63,989 nucleotides of DNA from Gnetum montanum (taxonomy: Eukaryota; Plantae; Gnetophyta): contig MNCI01001492.1 of the NCBI GenBank assembly GCA_015680685.1, positions 451,233-515,221 of the forward strand, read 5' to 3'. Under the pieces are notes generated by a model, which was not told the DNA's origin, made no database searches, and saw only the letters and a program-made list of their open reading frames with translations. The position numbers were made by a program, and so were the translations under genes. Shown here one piece after another: positions 54,301-63,989 of this stretch. The stretch's first letter is position 1. Each line of letters opens with the position of its first letter.

Positions 54301-54821
54301 CATAGTCTTATGTTTGGTTGCACTACATGCGGAACTTGGTATGCTTAGGGTTGCACATAGTATGAAATTTAAGATAGTTGGGAAGTAGGGAAAGAAGTGG
54401 TTGCCATCCACCACACGGTTGAGACTGGGCCTACTACTGGTAGTGGGATGGGTGTAGATGAGGAGACAGAAGCAGAACTCACGTGTAGTTGTGACATAGG
54501 CATAGTGTGCACATATGGTAGTGAAGACGTCACTGATGTTGGGTGCAATACCAAGATAGACTAGGAAGAAAGGGTAATTGGGAACAAAGTTTAAGGGCCT
54601 ATGTGTTGATATGTTGAGAACATTGCATGACCACCCAACATTGAAGAGAGTTTGGGCTATGGCAACATCATGGCAGTAACAAAGGAGGTAGAAGATAGGA
54701 GCTAGTTTGATCGGAAGACAGAGGTGGAAGGAACAATCCTTGTGTAGATCGGGCCACCACCTTCAGAGTGGGAGTCCAAATCCTCTTGCCCATCTTGAAA
54801 CGCTTCATCATAGTGGGACAT
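51390..54821 (-). pseudogene. gag: Element A gag-protease, disrupted
   Basis: VQVMDFYQDD, CDYHKVHGHDTDY, VDDGAVTNV, FNLILGRSWL; colinear with 26174-29517. Confidence 0.92.
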
Positions 54822-55576
54822 TGTGTCCTGTTCTCCTACTTACTTGCACTAGTTATTTTAACACTCATTAATATGTTTTAGTCAATGGGATAGTGGATGA
54901 ACTCAAAGTTACATTTTTCTTCTAATTCTTAACAGTCTAACGATAGATTCACTTGGGCTTTTGCATATAAAAAGTTATATTACTCTTTGTCTTAGAGAAA
55001 GTGTTTAGGGTATTGCTATCACAGTCTGAGGGATTTCCGCAGTACCTACGGAGGACTAGGCGGTTGCTCAGAATCTGTGATGGGAGGAACAAAGTGAGGC
55101 ACCTCCAAACTCAAGGTAGGAACTATAGTGGTAATAGGATTCATTTTCTGTTATGAAGAAGGTACAAACAAGAAAGATATGTGAAAGTGTTGGAAATTGG
55201 TTTTCTTCATTGGTACACCTACAACATTGAGCAGGGCTGCTACGTTGATAGGGTTGCTACACCACACAAGACATAGGCAACGTAACATAGTGGTTAGCAT
55301 ACCCTACTGGGCAGCATAACACAATAGATAGTGTAACGTAGTAGGTAGCATAACACTATAGATGGTGCAACATAGTGGGTAGCATAACACTGTAGATGTT
55401 TTTAGGGCTTTCATCCCATAGGGTTCCAAAGGAACTACTGACTGGGGCTGATTTGTACCAACCAGTGCATAGACAATCATAAGGGTATCACGTCTATGCT
55501 AGTTGGGTGTTAGTAGGAGGGTACAGAATGCACGTAGGACTACTTGTGAAGCAAAGAAGGAATAGAATGGTTCATG

Positions 55577-55598
55577 CCCTCCTTTTAGCGCTAAAAAT
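55577..55598 (-). promoter_or_regulatory. Element A primer-binding site
   Basis: Reverse complement TAGCGCTAAAAGGAGGG next to the LTR, resembling the TGGCGCTAGAAGGAGGG PBS of Tat-clade elements; tRNA identity not determined. Confidence 0.75.
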
Positions 55599-57976
55599 TG
55601 TAATTTTCAAAAATGTTGATGGCTGGAACATCAAGAGGTTACCGGTCATACAGCCTAACCCTAGATCTGTGTGATGGTTGTGCTAGAGAAAAATAGAAAA
55701 GGGCTACCCTAAATGGTCTGGTCAATCAGATAGTGACTTAGATGGTATACAATAACCTTTCGTGAAAAATGTTTTGGAAATGTTATACATGGGGATCGAA
55801 ATGGAGAAAACCATAGCACATAGAATAGTAAAAAGCATAGCAAAGTATATAACTAAGCGATAAACATGAACTGACACACAATGATGTAGAATATAGTGAA
55901 ATGAAATGAAATGAGCTTAAGTGAGAGAATGCACCTCCCCGAAATTAGGGTATTTTACTTTTGATTGAGTGAGGAGAGTGCAACTGGAATACAGTACTTG
56001 ACAGGCATAGCTAACAATGGAATGATATGGTTATAGATCCTAGACTATTGCCAATGGGGTGCCAACAGGGACCATTAAGTAAGTGCTTGCTGGGCTAAGA
56101 ACTACTATGTTGGGTTAGAGAGAGATCCAAGAAGTGGTGCTGCTGGGATTTGTTGCTCTTTCACTTTTAGTTCGCCAATCGCTTTGTCAAAGCTTATTGC
56201 CAGAAGCCAATTGCTAAAGCCAAGCACAAAAAATCCAACCTCTCTTTTTGCAAGCCAACCCCTAGAATGTTGTCTGCTGGGGTATTTATAGGACCAAGAG
56301 TGAGAGAGAGATGTGGTTTGGACACCATGTGTCTTGGGTCCCACATGGCACGAATTGTGGATGTGCTATACTGACATGTGCTACACTACGCTATTACTCT
56401 AATGTGCTATGCTACAGTGTTGGAAGTGAAACCTACCAAGCTGTGACCATACCATTCAAACTACATGTGCTAGAGTCCAGGGAATTGCCATGTTTTTACA
56501 AAGAATGCAAACAACAAATGAAAAGTGGAGCCTATGCTCCAGGACTACATATTCCCTCCTCTCGTGAGTAGGATCAAGCACAGGGACAACTTTAGGGATT
56601 AACAGGGGTAGTGCTAAATAAGGAAAACTACTGATCTTGTCTATCGAGGAGATGTTGGAGTAGAAGTGGACACTGCCAATGGGTTCTGGAGCTGTTGGAG
56701 ATGTCCTGAGGCTTCCATGTGAGTGTTACACTATCTACGCTGCCCAGCGTATCGGTGTAGCATGGACACTTTACTTGCTACACTGTACTACACTGGGTAG
56801 CGTAGCGTACTGTAGCATTCCTCTTTTATATGAATTTGTGTAGCACTCCTCTTTTATCTGAATTTTATCTAGATAACTAAAAATATCATTCTGACACTTG
56901 ATCAGGCAAGTAACTTTAGAAATTGGCAACCCTTCTTTTCATGTTGAAAGGTCCTAGGACCTGCTGATTTTCTCATTGGGACACTTTTGGGCCTTATGTC
57001 CTTGCTAGGCTGTGCTACGCTATGTAGCGTAACACATTATAGCAATCAATCTAGTAATAATTTGAGCCAGAGCCTACAATGCTTTGTGAGGAGACTTTGA
57101 TTGAGACTTGAGGGCAAAGTGGGATAGGTAGTCATAGAGGTCGAAGCATGGCCATGTGCAAGTCTTTTGCCAGAACAACTTGATGGAGGACCTTTGTGCA
57201 TTCCGACCCTGCTATGCTATGCTACACTATGTAGCATAGCATCTAGTTTGGCTTGAATTTGAACTTATTCTACAAGGGATTTGTCATGGGATCTTGGTCA
57301 TATGTTGAAGTGGTAGTAGGACAAACATTTTTAATGGTCAAAGCATGGGCAATTTTTTTTTTTCATGTCAAGGTAGTTTGAGAGAGGATTGTCATGTCGT
57401 ACTATGTTGTGTAGCATAGCATAGTGTAGCACCCAAAATGGGACAAGTTTTATGACATTTGCCATGTTTTTTCCATGTTATGCTCATCACACCTCAAGGA
57501 TGGAGTGGTGTAGATACCTTTGACGACTGAATATCTGCCAACTACATCTTTTGCATCTAATCAGTCACCACAAGGCCTACTACGCTATGCAGTGTAGTGT
57601 AGCGTAGCAAGTCCCACTATTAGAAAAATTTTTGAACTATTTAGTCCATCCTAAATACCTTCGTCAACTCCTAGCATGGTCCTTGGGTAGACCATCAACT
57701 GTGTCATGTGTCAAGTTGGGCAAGCTAGAGAGTGTGGCAAGCTTGCCAGCCCTGGAGATAGAAAATTTGTTAGACTGTACTGTCTACCTTCAATGCTCCA
57801 TTTGTGCAAACTAGCTCTGCAACTAGACGCTACGCTGACTGTGGTGATGAGCATAGTAGGCACACTCAGACATAACCTTGTAGGTGTTAGGACTTCTAGG
57901 GTGTCGAACCGTTTGTGTGGTTCATCATGGAATTACACCTAGAGAATCATGATGGCCTAAAATTTATGGTGTTTCA
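55599..57976 (-). repeat. Element A 5' LTR
   Basis: TG...CA; minus strand starts TGAAACACC; adjacent to the PBS. Confidence 0.93.
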
Positions 57977-58288
57977 AGAATGGATATTGGTGTTAGGATT
58001 AGTTAAAGCCTAGTTAATCAGTAGTTCAGTTAAATTAGTCACTTAGTTATCTCTCTCTTTCCATACTAGCACAAGACATAAAAACATAAAAGCTATAAAA
58101 ATCATATGTCTCAAGCTTACTTAACCATACAATCGTGACATACAGGTAAGCTTGGGAAGACAACGATCAACCAACCTGTCCTTGTTCCACAAGGGCGCAT
58201 AAGCACTTAGTCCTTGGAATTCAACCAGATCATGCATGAAACACTTGTATTTGTAAGGTTAAGCGTAGGGGTACCTTGCTGCTCATCA
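57977..58288 (+). repeat. Element B 3' LTR, right part
   Basis: Matches 6960-7272; ends TCATCA followed by the TSD. Confidence 0.95.
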
Positions 58289-58293
58289 ATGTA

Positions 58294-59712
58294 CCATATA
58301 TCATCAATTTCATTTTATTCATATTCACTTGAAGACCAAATGAGTGATAATAAATTTTTAAAATTTGCAATATATTTTTCATACCTTCTACAATAGTGGA
58401 GATCAAGATAACATCATTTGCATAAAAAGAAGATTCATTGCTTAGGATCCAATTTTGATAACATAACTTTCTTGCCCATTGTATAACTATCTATGAGGGG
58501 ATGACTTGCTTAACTCTAATTTTTCTTTGGAATTGAAATTTTTTCTCTAAATTACTATTTGTAAACTCAATAATTTCTTCCTCATACAATCTTTGAGTTA
58601 CTATAATAAAATTTAAAGGGAGGCCAATTTTATGTAAGTGCAACTGTGGTTTTATTCAAACCACTAAATCATATGCTTTTGTAAAATCAATAAAACAAAT
58701 AAAAAAATTTTATTAAATTTTTGCAAACTTATTACAATGTTTGAAAGTAACTAAGTAATCAATAGTGGAGTGATTTTATCAAAACCTATTTTCTAGCAGA
58801 ATGTCTAACTTAACAAAAATAATGCTCACAACAATCATTTGATAATTGTTCAAATTATTTTTATTATACTTTTTATGTAACACAATAGCTTTACTAGTTT
58901 TCTAATATTGATCTAATCCTTGATCCACTACTAAATTTAATCTATACCAAATTTCTATATCAATAGTAGGTCTTGCACACTTTAATAATTCTACATATAA
59001 ACCATCCAAATCTACAACTTTGCTAGATGATAGCTTTTTAATATGCTTTATGAATTCCTCAATAGTAAATTGGAGAGGTGCTTAATGTACAATAGTAATA
59101 GAATTATTATCTTTCCCTATAAATAAATTATTATAAAATGAGAAAATATTTTTAAAAGAAAAATTAAATGATGAAGAGGCTTTATGATAAAAACAATGTC
59201 AAAACTGTCTAGGCCTCTTTTTCATAGTGTAAGAAAATATTTCTACTACTCCTTGATAAATTTTCTTCTCTTGTTTTTAATCAAACCTTTATATATCTTA
59301 ACAAAAATTTATTTGTGACTCTTATTTGCATTGTTAATATTCTATCTAGCCTACATGCAATCCTTCAAACTAAGTTTTTTGAGCACTCTTTTATTGTCAA
59401 TGCAAAATTTGCTTAGATGTTGCATGAAAGATTTATTCAAGCTTCATATATTATTTTTGAAGAGTCCATTTCTTATGTGCTACATTCATATATTTTACAC
59501 TAACTTTTGAGGTGACTATACTAGAAAGTTTTTCTATTATTATTTTTTGTTATTTGAGAAAAAACTTTGAATTTGCAACAAACAATCTACATGATGATAC
59601 AAGACTCCACTAAATTTTCTTTAATTTTCAACTCCTTAATAAATTCAATATCTTCATAAGAACATAAAAAAATATCAATGCAAGAGTTATCTTAAGATCT
59701 TGAGAAAGTATA
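58294..59712 (-). pseudogene. Highly eroded LINE ORF2 reverse transcriptase region (upstream boundary uncertain)
   Basis: FICFIDFTKAYDLV near 58665-58705; LLFYANDVILIS..GLQVNMNKMKLMI at 58297-58440. Confidence 0.85.
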
Positions 59713-62700
59713 TGATGAAGATTAAGGAAATCTTGCATGGCCATTACTAGATAATAATAATGAATGCCAAGATAGATAGTGTATTATAAGAATAAGAGAT
59801 TAGCTTAGTGATTAGAGTTTGGGATTGGTAATCCTAGGTCACAAGTTTGATTTTGATGATGATAAATTTTGGGTAATCTGAAAAACCTACAATATTATAG
59901 TTGCAATATCTTATCACAACCTATGATGCCATAGATGTGATGTATTAGATCCTAGTTATGCTTATAAATACAAGCCAACTATTAGGTCAAAGTTAACTTA
60001 CATTCAACCCTTAATTAGACTCTTTTAGTTTTGTTTCTCAAATTTAGAATTAGTTGTGAGTACTTATAGTGTAGTCTGAATTGATTGTATGACATCTTTA
60101 TTCAAGTAAAATGTACCTAGATGTGTTTCATGATCAGTAATAAAGATTAAAATCATTTTGATTATTGTAATATTTTACTTAGCATATATTTACTTATTCA
60201 TTCTCATTTCTATTCCAATGTTATTTACATGTTCTATGTTTGTTAGTTATTTGAAAAGGTAAATACAACTGATTTCAAGCAGACAAGTATAATGATATGG
60301 TAATACAATAGTGAGTTTGCTTGATTTGCTCAATAGCAAGTTACTTATTAATCCTAGTGATAGTTGTACTATCCCAAGATGTGTATGGTATATTAGAATC
60401 GACTACTTATCGTTGTTAGGCTAGTTTAGTATTTTATTTCCATTTTCCTTTAGTTCATAGATATTTTGTTAATTCTACCTTGTTTACTTTAATAATACCT
60501 TAGCCAATCGACATCATTCAGTCATCTACCTTACCAAGAGTTAAACCATACATTGTGAGTTCCACTAACTCTAATGAGAGGATAACAATATTATTAACAT
60601 GCTAGTGTGCATATTTTTTTATCCATGGATTACAATTTGGTTATGTACATACACTTGTGAACATTATGGTTGGGTGTTGCGAACTTTTGTTGTTTATCAT
60701 TGGCATTATTACCAGAGATGATGTCAATATATACTAGTTAGTGGATTCCATTAAATTTCAATTTATTAAGTGATTCATGATTTATTTTTCCAAACAAATA
60801 ACAATTTAAAACATACTTATAGTCTAACCAATGAAACATGACTTCAACATACAAAGTAAACTTCCCACTTACACATGATATTAATAAAAATAATGATATA
60901 ACCTATACTAAAAAGTTAGAATAGGCCAAAACAAATAAGAATGTTCTATGCTCACATAGACTCATATTATCCAAATTTCACTATTATTTTTTTTAAGATG
61001 AATAGTTCAGATGGAGGGAGTTTTAGAGTAACATTGTATTGCCACTAGACCATTTGGTTCTATCTATACTTTAAGTAACTCTACTTAGATATGATCTTGG
61101 CCATGCACATGGAGGCTATTAGGTTACTAAGTATATGACTAGAGAATATCAACCAAGTGAAGCTCAATCTAGAAGAGATGCTATTATGAAAGCTAGTTAT
61201 GAGCATGAGAAAGAGAAACATGCATCCCTACAAAAAAGAGATATGGACTTTTAAGTTGAAAGATCTCACCTTCATTGACTAAATTCTTGCCCATATATTT
61301 CATACACTAAAGATTCTATACAATAAGAACTATGCTTAGTCTTAGTTGAAACTCTTAAAAGAGATGAAGTAGACCCCAGATCAAGGATGGATCTAAGGCC
61401 TAGGACCTACAAAAAATCTAAAAGAGAAGAATTAAGGGGTGTTAGAAGGAGAACTAACAAACACCACTCTCCAAGTCCTCCATCTCTTTATTATTTTGAT
61501 TGATAGATTCTAACAAAGGAGAATGTAGGGATGGAAATAGAGTTCTATGAAGGGATTAGGATATAATACTTAATAAGAAGATAAGAAGGAATCACAATAG
61601 ATAATTATAAATTAAAAGACATTATAATAAAAATAAATATAAAGACAAAGAAAAGGAGAAAATACATAGGAGAGGACATGAAAAATAGCATCAAAAGGAT
61701 GATCATCACTACCATAGCTATGATAAACTCAAAGATCATATGAAATCCTACTTATTACAAGAAGAATGATAAACGTTAGTGAGGTTGTGCACATTTTCAC
61801 AAGGCATTAAATGGATAGTCGCATTAAGTAACTTAATATGAAAAATATTATAAAATTTGAAGAAGTATACAATGCTAATTCACAACATTACTTTTAAGCT
61901 TTTCATGATGCCTATGCACTTCATAAAAAAAAAGAGTGAATAATAGAAACTCAAGTTATTTTCAAGAACACACATTAAGAAAGTAAAGGGTTTGTGTTAA
62001 TAACTATAACTAGAATATATTCAAAGATGGAACACGATGTTAAAGTTATTCAATGATAAATACCAAGCTTATTCAAGAGTGTTAAACATGAGAAAATAGA
62101 TGTATGGATAAAAGCAAGGGACTCATGAATTCCTTAACATAGCCATGGATAGATACTATTCACTTCTACATAAATGCCCATGGCATGAGTTTTCTCAAAA
62201 GGAACAACTACAACATATATTGATAGATCAACAAATAAAACCAAAGAGATCCTTGGAGTCTATGACTAAGGAAGATTGTCTATAATGAAAGCCCATTGCA
62301 GACAAAGACTATTAGAACAATTTACTAAGGAAGAATAAGAGTTAAGAAAAAGAGAGTTTGCAAAAGAATATAACAAGGATCCTTCTCTTTGCAAAAAAGA
62401 TATCTAGTTATGTAAGATACAAAAGAAGAAATTTATGGAATATGTGATTCAAAAAAAGACCTTACCAATACAAAATTTTATTAATGATATTATACTAAAG
62501 GTTGAAAAAATGTAAGATTTAGTAGATGAAAAATTTACAACTTCACTAAAGATAGTGGAAGAAAAGAAAAAGCAAACATTAACTAAAGGAAAAGATAGAA
62601 TGAAAAATAAGGAAACTGGATATAACAAGTACAAGTACAAGAGGAAAGATGATGTTGTCAAGGAGGTTATCAATTATATTATTGAGAAGGAAAATGAGTG

Positions 62701-63850
62701 TCATTTATATCAATATGATCATCCTAAAGAATGTTGTTCAGTCATGATCCACTTATAGGAATCATGAACATATGAATTAAATGTGAGGTTTGCTAAGAAA
62801 AAAATTCCAAGGAGGTTACCTTATCCATAGGGTAATGATAAAAAACCATAACAAAAATAATCATACTATCCCAGTGGCACTCATTCTTAACCTCAAGAGC
62901 AATACCATTAGTAGTGTGAAAATTCATAGTCATGGGAAATGCTACCATCTAGAAAATAGTATTTCTAGAAATAACTAGACTCATATGGCTATTACATCTA
63001 GCAACATATGTATCTAATAAATGCTTCTACTCATACTTTTTATCATTATTATCCTATAGAATATCATAAGCCCAAAATTCGAAGAGTTGAATCACCATCC
63101 TATGTAGCATTTGTAGTAATCTTCTAATCCACTTCGTCTAGTGTCATCACCATGAACTCAAGCATAATAGAAGAATGTAACAACAACCATCAATACATAA
63201 GTAGAAGATATTACCAACTATTATGAGCATGAATTAAAGAAACATCCTTTTTTCAAGATAATTCTAGATGGCGCTAGTAGGATTGAGACTTCATCTAACC
63301 TAGTTAAGAGAGATACAAGTATGACTCCAACTTCACTCTCCACCACACAAAGTCCTTTTATAGAAACCATGATTCAAAAAAGAAAAAAATATGAACCTTA
63401 CCATTATGATGCTTACTCAAATAGTAAGCCATTTAATTAAAGCATGTATACTTCCAAAAAAGATGATAGATTTTGGAAGTTCCTTCATCTATCTATAAAT
63501 AGTAGGGAATACTTTGTGTATAGCTCTATTAGATTTAGGCTCATGAATGAATCTTATCTCTCAAGACATTTATAAAGCCTAGACATTTCTACCATTGAAG
63601 AAATTAAATATTATATTAGAACTTTTAGATCAATCTATTGTAGTCACACTTAGATAGATAGAAGATGTTGTGACTACTCCAAGTGGATGATTATACTCTA
63701 CAAATTTCTTGGTAATTCATGTTCGATAGAATAAGGAGAGTTCCATATTATGATGGGAAGAACATGACTTAGTATGATTGATGATAAGATAAGGATTAGA
63801 GACTTTTCCTTGGAGATTTCTAAGAAAGATGAGAGAGGATCCATATAAAG
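59713..63850 (+). mobile_element. Element E: very old Athila-like element related to B (5' LTR 59713-60699, PBS 60701-60718, gag-PR remnant)
   Basis: TGATGAAG...TATCA, TGGCATTATTACCAGAGA; internal region colinear with B 7400-10250 (e.g. YDHPK, NLISQ). Confidence 0.82.
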
Positions 63851-63857
63851 ACAAAGA

Positions 63858-63989
63858 TGTGGCGAGGTACCCCTACACTCCACCATACGAATATGAGTGT
63901 GCACGCGCGATCCGGTCGAACTCCGCAGACTAAATGCCTTAACGCCACAAGAAACACTTGGGGTTAATCGTTCATTGTCTTCCCAGGCT
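63858..63989 (-). mobile_element. Terminus of a younger B-related LTR in reverse orientation, running off the window
   Basis: CGAGGTACCCCTAC..CCATACGAAT and TGTCTTCCCAGGCT match the reverse complement of 7132-7262; CpG-rich. Confidence 0.75.

Larger units (their letters stand above)
17682..57976 (-). mobile_element. Element A: Tat/Ogre-like Ty3/gypsy LTR retrotransposon inserted in the B 3' LTR
   Basis: About 2.35-kb LTR pair; TSD AGAAC (17677-17681) / AGAAT (57977-57981, CpG transition); PBS, PPT, gag-PR and RT-RH-aRH-INT on the minus strand. Confidence 0.92.
6246..58288 (+). mobile_element. Element B: Athila-like Ty3/gypsy LTR retrotransposon, host of the nest
   Basis: TGATGA...TCATCA termini; perfect TSD ATGTA (6241-6245, 58289-58293); tRNA-Asp-type PBS; PR-RT-RH-INT order; no aRH or chromodomain seen. 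Confidence 0.93.

Noticed and set aside
56812-56870. 28-bp tandem duplication in the A 5' LTR
   Set aside because: Ordinary local slippage

Overview
A plant-type heterochromatic window made almost entirely of nested, degenerate retrotransposons; no intact host gene is supportable. An ancient minus-strand LINE (RT motifs IDFxKAYD, YAND, FLKYLG) was split by an Athila-like Ty3/gypsy element B (6246-58288, TSD ATGTA). B carries a solo LTR (14475-16038, TSD CATCT). B's 3' LTR is split by a minus-strand Tat/Ogre-like element A (17682-57976, TSD AGAAC/AGAAT). Inside A lie two 5'-truncated plus-strand Tat/Ogre-like elements, C nested in D. An older Athila-like element E and a young LTR end follow at the right edge, and a truncated A-family LTR sits at the left edge. 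The main discovery candidate is the Tat/Ogre-like architecture. gag-protease and RT-RH-aRH-INT are separate ORFs about 5.6 kb apart, and the spacer holds an antisense multi-exon gene with its own TATA box, conserved between families A and C. A second antisense coding region sits between integrase and the PPT. Arrays of one short motif (CCTTAAACTAGCA) occupy the non-coding intervals. All coordinates and comparisons were read by eye; functional statements are inference.
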